Shown: positions 36,661 through 48,975, numbered from the whole stretch's first letter. The stretch is 63,999 nucleotides of DNA, filler included, from Diploschistes diacapsis (GCA_023645945.1; 12 parts of 12 records of this genome joined end to end with filler, not necessarily neighbours in it), one strand, 5' to 3'. The notes: a model not told the origin generated them from the sequence alone. Made by a program: numbers and translations.

Positions 36661-37958
36661 ATAAACGAACTAACGTACTAAACAAACGGCCAGACTATAT
36701 AACAAAAGAATCGCGTCAGGCCAAGCTATTAAAAATCAATAATGATAAATCATTTATAATAGATTTTCGAGAATTTATAACAATTATAAATATCTTAAAA
36801 GATCAATAAAAACAGTATTTAATAACACGACGGAAGCTACAGATTTTTATAAAAAAAATATAAGACTATATACGACAACATTATAATTCATCGGAATATA
36901 AATATAGAGGTATCACGAATATCATTAAAGCCATTTAACGAAACTATTATTTCGAAGAAATGAAAAAACAAGTCACGGACTTTATCAAATAGTGCGAGAA
37001 TTACTAAAGGAACAAACACTCGATATATAAACGATATAAGATTCTATAAATTTTCGAGAGATTAAATTAATCGTAAAAATCGATCACGATAGACTTTATA
37101 ATTAAATTATTAATATTTAAGGATCTAGTAATAGACGTTCTATATAATAGCATTTAGGTTATAATGGACAGATTTAATAATAAATTATACTATATATCTT
37201 TTAAAGAAGATTATAACGTAAAGAAGTTATATCACGTATAGATGGATCGAGTTATAAGAATTTATGGATATTTAGACGAAATCATTAATGATAGAAATAA
37301 GCTCTTTACTTTAGGATACTAGAAAATCATAATAAAGACGTTCGGCACGAAGCTGAAGCATTCAAGCGTTTACCACCCATAAACAAATAATTAAACGGAA
37401 AGAATAAACCAGACTCTAAAATAATACTTACGATATTACGTTAATTAAAACATAAACAATTAGATAAAATTACTATCTAACGCCGAATATTATCTTAACA
37501 ATAAATACAGAGAAATCAAGAAAATTTAGAATACGACGTCATTCAACAACGAGACATTAAATAATAATAACAAAATTAAGGTTTTAAAAAAGAATCATCA
37601 GCTAAAAAAGGAGGATAAAATCTATTTATATACGGACAATTTCAAAACACGCAAACCCTTTAAGAAACTAAATCACGTCAAAATCGGACCCTTCCTTATC
37701 GATAAATAACCTTTAATACTAGAAGAAACCGAAAGAATTAACTATCGACTTAAACTATTAAAGGACGCGAAAGTATATTTAATATTTTATAATAAATATT
37801 TTAAGCTAGTATATATAAATAACCTATTATAAACAATTTTTTATTTCGAATCAGTCAACGAGAACGAATACGAAATCGAAAGAATTATAAATCATAAAGA
37901 TAAAAAGTTCCGAGTTAGGTAAAAGAAATATTTAAAAGATTAAAACACGTGGGAACCT
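36661..37958 (+). mobile_element. RIP-degraded Ty3/gypsy (chromovirus) pol: integrase + chromodomain relic
   Basis: Decayed integrase motifs (SITIDFII, AYHP-x-T-x-x-TERIN, KLNHVKIGPF) and chromodomain (EYEIERII...NTWEP); many TAA/TAG stops, very AT-rich. Confidence 0.85.
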
Positions 37959-38685
37959 TGTTACGATCCAAGTAACTACTGGGTAGTCTACTTGGCACGT
38001 CCCAGCTTCTTTGTATATAGACCAATCATGGTGACACGGGTCACGTGACCGACAGACGACGGCCGACAACCGTCTGGCGGCTAGCATCTAGCGGTTGTCA
38101 GATAGGCAACGCCAGCCGGCTAACATCTAGCATCTGGCGGTATTAAATCTATATAAGAACGTCGCTATAGTTTCTATAAGTCTAGAACGTGTTTACTTTC
38201 ATAAACATCTTTAGTTATTATTCGGGATCAATTTATATTCGTTTATCTTGTTATGATCTCTATCTATACAAGGTATACACGAAGTAGAGTCAAGGTGGGT
38301 TTGGTCTCTATTAGAAGAGGAATGTGGTAAGAAAAGAAGATAGAACAGTTATAGGTCTTAGACTGTTTCTAGAAAAAAGGCTTTCTAAAAATAGAAATAA
38401 ACGAATATAAATTAATCCCGAGTAATAATTAAAGATGTTTATAAAAGTAAATAAACCAAAATTTATAGGAATCATGACGACGTTTATATATATAAATCCA
38501 ATATTATTAGATGCTAGATGCCAGCCGGCTGGCGTTGCCCATCTGGCAACTGCCAGATACCAGCTGCCAGACGGCTGTCGGCCGTCGTCTGTCGGTCACG
38601 TGACCCACGTCACCATGATTGGTCTATATACAAAGAAGCTGGGACGTGCCAAGTAGACTACCCCGTAGTTACTTGGATCGTAACA
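37959..38685. repeat. Two copies of one LTR-like sequence in inverted orientation
   Basis: 37959-~38246 (TGTTACGATCCAAGTAAC...) is the reverse complement of ~38397-38685 (...GTTACTTGGATCGTAACA); ~150-bp spacer. Confidence 0.85.
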
Positions 38686-39191
38686 TTATATAGCTCTCTA
38701 CCAAATGCGACCGAACTGCGAAAAGTTAATAAAGAGTTTAATTAGGCGTTGCGAGCCGTTCTAGAACTGGTCAGTTCGATTCGACGTTATTCGAGTCGAG
38801 TAACCCGTATATTTAAATCGATGTATACTAAATTCACAACGCTTCGTAAAGAAAACTGAAAATAAAAAGCGCTTCTTAATAGTCGTATAAAATATAAATT
38901 AAATAAACGAATCGAATTAAAAGGTCGTTTTATGTTTAATATAAACGAAGTTCTTAAGATAGTAATTCGGGTTAAATCGAATCGAATAATTTCGAAACGA
39001 TTTGTAACGCGTAAAAAACGTCGTCGCGTTTCTGAAATCGAGGAGGATGAAGAAGAGGAAAATAGATTCGATGTAGATCGATTAGATTCTGATTACGACG
39101 AATAGGTTATATCTAAAAACCGTAGAATGTTGGCGGTAGTGATTTGAGGTGGCCGGAATCTGGGGGTGGCCGGAATCCCCGTGAAACACGT
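38686..39191 (+). mobile_element. 3' end of a Fot1/pogo-type DNA transposon with right TIR
   Basis: Terminal GGTGGCCGGAATC-TGGG-GGTGGCCGGAATC-CCCGTGAAACACGT|TA: internally duplicated TIR ending in ACGT plus TA, typical of the fungal Fot1/pogo group; preceded by a decayed basic/acidic transposase tail. Confidence 0.7.
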
Positions 39192-40405
39192 TATAACATT
39201 AAGTTAATACTGCTTCGTTTTAAAAAACGTATTCTTAATTCGTTTTTTTAAGTATGGCACGGATGTTTATCTCGGTAATTTATATAGATCTTTCGGTAAT
39301 ATTATTTTAATTTGACGTGTATAGTACTATCGGTTTTATTTAAATTCTTAAATTCCTCTTTTAATCTTCGATTGTAGAAATTAATTTAGGTAGATTATCG
39401 AGACGTACCGCTTTTAATTACTTATTATTTTAGAATTCTACGTTCATTTTTTAGAATTATAGAATACGAATAGCATCCTTTCGAATTTTATAGGAAATAA
39501 ATCAGGTTTTTCGCGAATAATTATCGACAATTTCCATCAAGTATTAATTATTGTTAAGTAACCTTAAAAAAGGTTTATAGATGTCGATATTTATCAAATT
39601 CAGGATGCTTTGCTTATATTTAACCAGAATACGGCCAATTTATTATTTAACTTTTATTAATTAGTATATCTTACACGTATAAAATGCGATACGAATAAAA
39701 TTAACGAAAATCGTAATTTTATACAAATTTTAAAGCTTCTTGGGTCCCATATGGGTCATATGTGCGTATTATAACTGATAATTGTTTTTATTAGACTGAA
39801 CTTTTGGGTTCAATTCAGGTTCAGGTTCAGTTACTGGGTACGCAGTTGTTCTATACGTATATTCTTTTTTTATAATTTTGCTCGAGTAATAGACTCCATT
39901 CTTTTTTTTATATATAAGAATGATCCGACCGTCCTCGTCGTATAGATATAAACTTTTTTGATTAAAACTCCTCCGTAATCCTGTTTTGTATAACTTTTAT
40001 TTCGATATAAGGTTTGCTTTCAGTTTAGACATATATGTCATATATCTTAAATATAGAACGCTATTATTTNNNNNNNNNNNNNNNNNNNNNNNNNNNNNNN
40101 NNNNNNNNNNNNNTTAATTAATTAANNNNNNNNNNNNNNNNNNNNNNNNNNNNNNNNNNNNNNNNNNNNGGGGGGAAGGGATGGAAAGGATAAGGAAAGG
40201 CAAGGGAAAAGAAGATGGAGTGGAGGGGAACTTGTGCTGTGTGCTATGATACCACGGTGTGTCCGTGGGAAGCGAGGATCGGTCTTGGGTTGATTGAGCT
40301 CGGGCCGAGGGAGGTGTTTGCTTTCTCCAGAGGGGAAAATGATAGTTTACAGGAAGCAGGCTTGGGGCGATCAAGTCTTTGGCGAGGATACCGTTTCGAG
40401 CCCAC

Positions 40406-40485
40406 ATGATTGTTGGAGAAATGTGGGGGAAGGCTTGCCCCATGTATGATTGTTGGAGAAACGTGGGGGAAGGCTTGCCCCATGT
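40406..40485. repeat. Tandem 40-bp repeat (2 copies)
   Basis: ATGATTGTTGGAGAAA(T/C)GTGGGGGAAGGCTTGCCCCATGT x2. Confidence 0.9.
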
Positions 40486-40758
40486 CAGGGCCGCCTTTGC
40501 AACTTGCAAAAAGAACAAATTTAAACAGAAGCCGTCGTATTCGCGCAACCAGAGTGTTTAGATTAAAGTACGGGATCGTGAGGTTCTTGTGCAAGCAATG
40601 GTCCCAAAAAGAACCCCTGCTACTTTCCAACAACACAACGCCTCCGCTAGCGGCCACTCCGAGTCAGCATATTCTTCGTAAATTCCTGTTATAACCATGA
40701 AGTGAGTACCTCGGCAAAGGGCACTCCGTCCTTTTTCCCGTCCCCACGCCTAATCCTT

Positions 40759-43152
40759 TTAATGATGTCTTTCGTGCAAGTGGACCACGGTCGTCCACCC
40801 CTGACAGCAACCCGTGCTCATTCCATGCTCACACCACGGGCACTTGACAGCCGTAAAGAGCTTAGCCTCCACCCCTTTTACCCCCGGCGATGCCGGCCGC
40901 AGACCGCCCTGGCCTTCTGCATCCTGAACGACGTTGTTCCCCTTGGCCATCATCCGCGGCAGCGCCATGGCTTCGTAGAATTTGCTGGGCAGATCATGCC
41001 AGCGCTGGCATTTGCAGCAGATGACGAACATCTTGCCGACCGGCTCTTGGTGGGATGGTCTTAGACCGAAGAAGCCGTGCCCAGGACCGAAGCTCTGACG
41101 TCGAGCGTCGTGGCCGTTCTTCGGCTTGGAGATGCTCAGCGAGTTCGGAAGGTCCTGCCTCAGCTCGAACTGTCGAACTATCGGCTGCGGATCGGAAGAT
41201 GCAGCCGTCTTCTTTTGCTCAAGGCTCCCAGGGATTGCAGAAGCGGGCCTGGATCCATATTCTGGCTTTCTGAGCGATTGATGTTTGAGCACCGGTAAGG
41301 GATCGAGAAGGGGGATGCTGGCCTTCCCAACCTGCATCTTGGTTTCTGCGTTAGACTGTCGTCGTCGCTTCCCAGTTAAGCCTCCACCAATACCATCTTC
41401 AGCTGCGTCTCTGCGGGTTACTGGTGGCATGCTAGCTTCATTCTTACGTTTTAATTCAGCGTCATGCGCCATACTTATCTGGGAAGGGTTCGGTTCTGCT
41501 TGACAAGTCTTGCTCGCCGGATCGTACGAAGCACGACCTTCGACATCGTGGCTTGGGAACACGGCAAGGATGGGACCTGTAGAGATTTGCAGAGCTGGTA
41601 GCGCGAAAGCATCCGGATTCTGAACTTGCGTACTCTTCTGTTCCTCGTCTGTACCGGCTTCACCGACGTTCGACCTTGACTCGGAAACGCTGCGGCCTGC
41701 TTGCTGAGCTCGCTGCTGTTCCGCGCTGTGTATCATGGGTTCCAGGAAAGGCCCGGATAGTGTCTGTTCTGGTTCTCCGTCTGGCTCTTCACCCTCTTCT
41801 TGCTGTTTTAACGGTTCGGGCACGGCTTCGAAGGGCTGTGACTGTATGTAGAGTGCTTCGGTGGCCTTCTTCACCGCCAATTCATCCTCAAAGCCTGCGA
41901 TTGACCTTTGCTGATGACTGCTTCTCGACTTTTGTACATAGCCGATTGGCTTCTCCTTGCTCTTTTGCGCAGTCATGGGGACTACAGGCGCCGAGTTGCT
42001 TCGAGAGCCAGGTAGGGTCCCGATCGCTTTGCCGGAAGAGCTCGAATAGCCCGAATCGGCCGTCTTCGTCTTTTCTCTGCGGAGTAATCTTTTGAAATTG
42101 GGGTATCTGTAGCCACCAGCAGCATTGTCTGCTTTGCCAGCGAATGACCCCGCTCCACCCAAGTTCTGTGACTCCCTCCGCCCCTGCTCCTTGGGTGTAA
42201 TCTTGGTCGGTGCCTTTGGGACAATGCTTGTATCCTCGGTTAGGCTCATCGGTACAGGCGTATGTAACGATGCATCCCTTGGGTTTTCTACTTTTGCATG
42301 CTCACCTTCCACTTCAAACGCCTTCTGAGCAGGCATTCCCATCTCATGGGAAAACTCCACAACATCCGTAGCATGGACTTCGTCATCACTAGGAGGTTTG
42401 GCGCCAGACAAAGAATTGGAATGCTGAGGCACATGGCCTGTTTTGATAGTTCCAAATAGAAAACCAGGCCCTTCGTCCGGGGGGGTTGGAGGCTGATGAA
42501 AGCCTCTTTTGTACAGTAGCTCCGGGAATCGCAGCGTCGAGGTGAAAGAGGAGAAGGAGCCGCGTCTCTCTCTTGACCCTGTCAAAGAGCTCGTGCGAGA
42601 GGCCCGAGATCCGTCACTCGTACGAGGGGGTGAGCTTGCCACATGCCCCTGCGTTCTCATCGCCACCGGAGGCTTTTTGCTCAGTCGTTTCCGTGCTTTG
42701 GCTGAATCCCCCCGGTGGTCGCTTTCCTGCTTAGATTCCTTCTTCTTTCTCGTTGATTTCTCCCGCTTTCTTCGATCCTTTACTGACCACGATGGAGAAT
42801 GGCAGATGGATTCACGGGACGCAGGATCAGGGTTTCCCTCTTCGCTAGACTTTCGAGTCCTTGGCGGGGTCATTGACTTCCTTTCAAGGGCGGACATATT
42901 CATCTTAAGCTCCGGGGCAGTGATGGATCTGGCAAGAGCAGGAGACCTTGACGCGAGAGTCACAGGAACAGGGGCGGCTATCCAAGTTGGCTGACCACGC
43001 ATGTGGGTTCGCTTGGTTGCAGAGAGCAAAGCTGGGGACGGTGGCAGTCTGGTTGACAGCCTGCTCTTGTCTTCCAACTGGTTCATCCGGCGCAGTACAT
43101 GCTTGCTGATGAGCGGCTCGCTATATGCATCACGGTCCGACATCTCCTGCAA
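40759..43152 (-). CDS. Hypothetical protein, largely disordered, with C-terminal Cys/His (putative Zn-binding) domain (~800 aa)
   Basis: Long ORF ending KMFVICCKCQRWHDLPS...VKCPWCEHGMSTGCCQGWTTVVHLHERHH*; start uncertain (possible small 5' exon near 43248). Confidence 0.8.
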   Translation of the reverse strand: MQEMSDRDAYSEPLISKHVLRRMNQLEDKSRLSTRLPPSPALLSATKRTHMRGQPTWIAAPVPVTLASRSPALARSITAPELKMNMSALERKSMTPPRTRKSSEEGNPDPASRESICHSPSWSVKDRRKREKSTRKKKESKQESDHRGDSAKARKRLSKKPPVAMRTQGHVASSPPRTSDGSRASRTSSLTGSRERRGSFSSFTSTLRFPELLYKRGFHQPPTPPDEGPGFLFGTIKTGHVPQHSNSLSGAKPPSDDEVHATDVVEFSHEMGMPAQKAFEVEGEHAKVENPRDASLHTPVPMSLTEDTSIVPKAPTKITPKEQGRRESQNLGGAGSFAGKADNAAGGYRYPNFKRLLRREKTKTADSGYSSSSGKAIGTLPGSRSNSAPVVPMTAQKSKEKPIGYVQKSRSSHQQRSIAGFEDELAVKKATEALYIQSQPFEAVPEPLKQQEEGEEPDGEPEQTLSGPFLEPMIHSAEQQRAQQAGRSVSESRSNVGEAGTDEEQKSTQVQNPDAFALPALQISTGPILAVFPSHDVEGRASYDPASKTCQAEPNPSQISMAHDAELKRKNEASMPPVTRRDAAEDGIGGGLTGKRRRQSNAETKMQVGKASIPLLDPLPVLKHQSLRKPEYGSRPASAIPGSLEQKKTAASSDPQPIVRQFELRQDLPNSLSISKPKNGHDARRQSFGPGHGFFGLRPSHQEPVGKMFVICCKCQRWHDLPSKFYEAMALPRMMAKGNNVVQDAEGQGGLRPASPGVKGVEAKLFTAVKCPWCEHGMSTGCCQGWTTVVHLHERHH

Positions 43153-43877
43153 GGATCCGCCAACAGCAGCTTCTTGCGCTATATCCTTTACCTCCAGTTC
43201 AGCAAGCAGGTTGGAGAATTGTCATACATGCTGTCGGAATAGAACCATGTGTAGTGTGCAACTAAAATTATTTGACGCTCACTCAATTCGGCCTAGTTCT
43301 TGATTGTTGTTTTCGCAAGTTGGGCGGCAATAGATAGTATGGTATAGGCTAGGTTAAGGACGTTGAAAGGATGTTTGATACAAAGTTTGCCAAAACTTTT
43401 CACCCAAGCATAGAGAGTTGAAGTCATCTCCGCCAGCAACTGCAATGCGTTCATGATGAGACACTTTGTACTCTACCTAGTAGCTATTTACTTATTCTGC
43501 GATCTTGCCATTCGAAGCGCAACTTGCAAATATCGCAAGCTTAGATTTAATGATGAGTTGGAAACGCCTCCCCCNNNNNNNNNNNNNNNNNNNNNNNNNN
43601 NNNNNNNNNNNNNNNNNNTTAATTAATTAANNNNNNNNNNNNNNNNNNNNNNNNNNNNNNNNNNNNNNNNNNNNATATAACGCCGGCGGCCTTTCGAGGC
43701 GCCGGATAATCTATAAAAGCACTTATAATAAAAAAATTTTATTATATTTATTTATTTATTACTATAGATGCGTCGGTAAGAAACCATAAGGCTCTTTATC
43801 GACGTTTAATTATATCTAGATTTCCGCAGGCGCTAGTAACAACGCAACGCCTACCTACAATAACGTAGACTCTACGT

Positions 43878-44056
43878 TATGACGGCGGAGATACTACCAA
43901 AAGAGGTAAGGATCCGGAGCGCCAAGATCTGAGCTAACTACAATAGCAAGCCCGCAGCCGCAGCGACAGGGTTGCCAAACCTCTCTACTATATGTAGGTG
44001 CGTGGCTGTGGCAGCAGGGGGACCTGAACCCCGGTGCGCACACTGTGGGCGTTAGA
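43878..44056 (-). mobile_element. Solo LTR related to the 29.8-30.4 kb LTRs
   Basis: 43987-44014 is the exact reverse complement of 30251-30278 (CTGCCACAGCCACGCACCTACATATAGT); GC-rich island in RIPed DNA; boundaries approximate. Confidence 0.55.
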
Positions 44057-44408
44057 TAATTACTTTTAAAGATAACGTTATTTCATTTTAAATATTTATT
44101 ATTGTAGTTTTGTTATTGTATCACGTGCTCGGTAACTAGGGTCTGCTCGGGTACTAGGGTCACGACTCTACCTATTCTATTCTGCTTGCAAATATACTAG
44201 GCAATTGATACTAGCCCATAGGCCTATTCTTGTCTAGAGCTGTAGATTGGTTCAGGCATGTTTGTTATAACAACTTTAGCACCAGTAAGCTCAGCTCTTG
44301 AGCGTTGAGCATGTGCTCCTCAATGTAACGAAAACACTCTACGCTGGCACGGTTCTACATATTGGATGTATCCCTTATAGCAAACGGATTGACTTTCCCT
44401 CTCTTCAT

Positions 44409-46036
44409 TTACAGAATCTTCAAGTACTTCTCTATACTCTTCTGGGCTGCTTGCAAAGATTTACGAGGCCCAGTGATGGCGACAATCCACTTGAGCTCTT
44501 TTGATTGCCAGGCTAGGTGGATCCAACATTTCGTTTCTTCTTGCAGCTTCTTGAGGCCAGCAGCACCCCTGTGGACTAATGCATTTCTTTGCTTCCTATC
44601 TTGTATGCTTAGAAACAAGGTCCGATAAGGTCCAGCAGCTATTGCATGAGAGGGTCTGGCCCACGAGAAAGTCTTCATGAGGAAAGCTTTGACGGAGCGG
44701 CGGGTCTGGCTCACAACATGCTTGATATCGTCGGTTACTTGCTGTGGTGTCAAACCTCCGATGTTCACAATTTGCACTTTGTTGGTCTCATTTGCATGCT
44801 CTCTCTGCGCCAACTCAGAAACTTTTCTTAATTTGACAAGGACTGCTTCATCGAAGCAAAGCATGTAGTCATATTGCAGGAAGTCTTCTTCGCGTATGCC
44901 ATGACGTTTGTGTGTTGCCAGCCCTTTCAAATATAGATTGCTTTTCTCGAGGATGGTCATCTGTCCGAAAGTACGATCCGTCTTCGAACAGGCCATTGAG
45001 CGCCAACATAGAGCAGGGTTTACCTCCAGGAATCAGCTTCGTATCTTCAGCTAGCTTGCCAGGACCCCGCCGAAATGCTGTATCAATGTCTATCCCTGCG
45101 GAGTCGACTCTATGAAAGAGCCAGGGCCCTCCATTGTTAACAGTCCAAGCCCGGACAAGTTCCAAATAAGCATGAGCGACAGTCGACCATAGCCCGTTGC
45201 TTGTACCTACGATGAGTATCTTGCAACCCTTCGTAGAGTTCTCATCTGCACCACTCTCTGCACCTGTACTGGGACCCGGCGATATTGCGTTGTTGATTTC
45301 TGGTTTTCGGTCGAGTTCTCTTTTGTACAGGTCCACGACTTTCTGAGCATCTTTCATAGAGAGGCCTTGTTGTTTCAGTGCCATCATAAGCTTCTGCTCC
45401 TTATTGAGCTTAAGAGGTAGAGGATCGGTAGGATCATATCCGGACTGTTTCAGAGCAGTTACGGTCGTCTTATCCCGTTTCGGGTTACTGTTAAGCTTCT
45501 GCTTTATGAATCCTTCTTGGTGAAGTTTGACCATGATCGCATCAACGGCTCCAGCGGCCAGCTTTCCGCCTGCTTGGCTGGCCTGGTCTCGTATCATGTG
45601 CACATGGTTCATCTGGAGTTCGAGCGTCAGGCAGAGGTCTGGGATATCTCTCATAGTCCACAGTACGAATACTGCTCGACGGTAGGCTTTGTATCGGAGT
45701 TGGGCAGCCTTCCATTTGTGAGTAATATCTTCGATTTGCTGGAGAGTGCTCCTCATCAACGCCAACTCCTCGCTTAAACATTTCGCCCTAAAAAGTCAGC
45801 CTTCAACGCTTGTTGTCGCTGCTCTGGCTGACTCACAGCTTCCTTCCACTGATAGTATTATGCAAATGCTGGATCCGGTTTTGTGGTGAATTCAGATCCT
45901 CCATCAAAGCTTCTACAAGTCTGACTTTCCTGCCCAATTCCTCCATTTCGTCTGAAGCATAGCGGAACTTCTTTACCGTTTCAATGATTATTTTTGTCAA
46001 TTCAAGAACTTCGCTGGGTGACACTGATGCGCCCAT
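44409..46036 (-). CDS. N-terminal helical (STAND-N/SesA/HeLo-like) + inactive LMW-PTP-fold + KH-domain protein, frameshifted at ~44923
   Basis: Exon 46036-45837, GT-AG intron 45836-45788; ILIVGTSNGLWS...VDSAG...EDFLQYDYMLCFD resembles the LMW-PTP fold; ALVHRGAAGLKKLQEETKCWI...ITGPRKSLQAAQKSI resembles KH type I; removing one base at TTT GAA AGG G CTG joins the two ORFs (~525 aa). Confidence 0.7.
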
Positions 46037-46189
46037 TGTTACATAGCATAGGTGTTGTACCTAACATTCAATCGAGTTAGAAGCTGGAAGAGCTCTGTGC
46101 GTGGAAGATTCTTTTACCTTGTGGTCACGGTTGCTTGCATTAGCCGCAAAAAAATCCCACCTATAATACTTAACCACGGCATCTAAAGA

Positions 46190-47079
46190 CAGTGGCACTA
46201 AGTTTTTGCCCCCACCCAAAATTTTGAAAAACTAAACCACCACCATTCAACTTCAACACGCCATAAATGGGCCTAAGGAACGAATTAAAACCTCATCAAC
46301 GCAACGAATTAATTGGAGTAATCAAAAATGATATTCCGATTAAAAAAGCTATAGATATATTAAGTATTAATTATTAAATTGCACGATATACGTAACGAAT
46401 GCGTAATCGTCGTCTTCTCGAATAGATCGATTAAAACCGCCTAAATCGACCACGCGAGACCACTAACAATTAAATCGATCGTCTATATAGGTATCTTAGG
46501 ATCCAGCCTTTCTTTCAATAGAAAAAATTATTAATTTAATCGACGTATCGCGAAAAATAATACAAAAAAGACTGGCCGAAATCGATCTAGATTTTAAATA
46601 ATATTTAACGCGTTGGCGACCGCATATTAACGAAATAAATCGTTTTAACGTTATTAATATATTTTATTATATTATAAATTTCTTAAAGAATAATAAAGAC
46701 AGATTTAATTTATAAACGAATATTTAATTCGTATAAAAGATAAAGAACAACGTCCTTAGGTTTAAAAATATACGAAGAAGTAATATTTATTATAATATAT
46801 CGTCGAAACGGCTAATATTAGTTATACGATACTAATATGGGTTATTATATATCACGATAGTCGAATATTTTAGTACTTTTACGACGAATATTATTTAAAA
46901 GATAAATGTCTTACGAAAGCAGGATATCGCCGTTTATTACGCGATTTTTTATTATAATTCTACGAAACGGGACAAACTTTTATATAGGATAATATAAAGA
47001 TGTATATTACGCGCGAAACTATTCAACTTTTAAAAGAATATAGGATATGATACTTGCCTTATCCTTCTCGCAGTCCTGA
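46190..47079 (+). mobile_element. RIP-degraded Tc1-like transposon (left TIR + transposase), truncated by gap
   Basis: CAGTGGCACTAAGTTTTTGCCCCCA TIR-like start, MGLRNELKPHQRNELIG N-terminus, decayed F-x-x-DN and P-x-PSRSP(D) motifs. Confidence 0.7.
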
Positions 47080-48011
47080 NNNNNNNNNNNNNNNNNNNNN
47101 NNNNNNNNNNNNNNNNNNNNNNNTTAATTAATTAANNNNNNNNNNNNNNNNNNNNNNNNNNNNNNNNNNNNNNNNNNNNTAAGCTCTAAAAAAGAGCTCT
47201 AAAATGTATGGAGAAAAGGGAGTTTCAATAATAAGAAATGTTATCACGTGACATGAGTACTAAATGACTTGAGGAAATGCACATACAAATTTATATAGGA
47301 CCTAACTTAGCGTGTATGCACATTAATTGTCAGCCCTACGAGGTTTGTATGGACGGGGTGGGGAGCAGGTGGTGCTCCCGAATCGCCCTGAGATATAGGG
47401 TGCCTGTCATGCTTGAGATTCTGCACGATAAGAATGTCACACCCAAAGGAGTACAGGCTGCAGATATACGGATACGCCTAGCTTATGAAAGGGACACGAC
47501 TCTATGGAAGCACAACAGCTTTGTGGAGGTGGAGTAGGGAGGGAAGCCGCAGGAAGATGCACCTACCAACGAGTCCTTCGAACGCCCTTCCCTTCCTTAT
47601 TTTTTCTGCCGTTGCAGCTTGGCTTCCCTTGCAATCAGTATCTCCAACATTGGGACAGCTGACATGTCACCCAAGACCTGACTATAGATCGGCACGTATG
47701 AGATGATGCAAAACATTGTGCTGAAGTGTCAGGAGTGCTAAGGTAGCGTTAAGTAGCATCCGATGATAAGGGCAGTCTCCACTTCTCCACCGGTGTTCTG
47801 GCTCGACCAAAAGCTTTGGCCTCCAATCGCTTAGGCTGTCAAGGGTAGATCTTCATCGGATCGAATAGTAGCCACAGAGTGATCAATTTTCCTGAATCTT
47901 GTAGATTGAGCTACAGAATCTCGCCGAAGTTCAATACCCCTCGCAATGCCAATCTGCACCTTCTTGGTCATTTGAAAATGCGAACACTACCTAATGTGAT
48001 CAGCACATGCA

Positions 48012-48975
48012 CTACCTGTAGTGGCCACCTTCCTTCGAGAACATCTCCTGATGCCCATGTTCCTCAAAGTGTCGAATCATCGTATCGTAGTAGGGAGAAT
48101 CTGGAGGGCAAAAGGCGTATTTCTCCAGTGCATGCTCGATGTGTCCATATTCGTCTACCATTTGGAAACATGCATTACGTTCGCTGGTGTACACCCATTC
48201 TGTAAGCTTTTCAACTGAGCGACATTGAAGTAGTTGATTGTCGCCGATAGCATTGCCTGTAGTCGGCGCTGGCATCGGCGTATCATCTGGGTTGCACAAG
48301 GTGTTTTGCCTCATGGAGTCCAGGCAATGAAAGATATGACCTATATCGATAGTGGACACGTTGTTTCTCTCGTAGCCGGTGAATGCTCTGTGCATTAATT
48401 TCTGGGGCACCACCTTTAGTAGCTCGAAGGCTCAAGAAGCAATTACTCACTAAACAGTGTAGTGTATGAAAAGCTTTGATATAATACAAGCTTCGTGACT
48501 GATCCCATGGGAAGGGAATCGACGGAGGAAGATTATGCTCTTGAATGTAGTCTTGAGAGAGCGTAACCATGACGGGGCTTGTGTCGACCTGGTCCCAGAG
48601 TTGATCTGAAACCGTCTCGTTTGGGCCCCAGTAGTCGTTATGATAATGAAATACTCGAGTCGTATCGTATACTAGATTGGCTGTTGCGAAGTCAGAAGGG
48701 ATCCCATAACTGGCCGAGTCTTGGAGATAATGAAGGCGACTACCGTAGGTTGATACTGATCGAACAGCCGATGGTAATGAAGAATTGGTTCTATAATATA
48801 GAAGACAGGCAAAATTCGCAATCAAAGAGAGTGTGAGTAGGTAAGGCAGCATTATCTTCATAGATGACGGTCGGACATTGGCACTTGTATTGGAAGCCGA
48901 AGATCCTTTGTCGACCATTGTGCAGGACTCATCTTCTTCGAGCAGGGAGTAGCTGTTTTTCGGTTTCCTAGACAT
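48012..48975 (-). CDS. DUF3328/UstYa-family oxidase (3 exons)
   Basis: N-terminal TM anchor (MLPYLLTLSLIANFACLLY), paired HxxHC motifs FHTLHCL and HIFHCLDSMRQ, LCNPDDTP and QCRS; two GT-AG introns. Confidence 0.9.
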
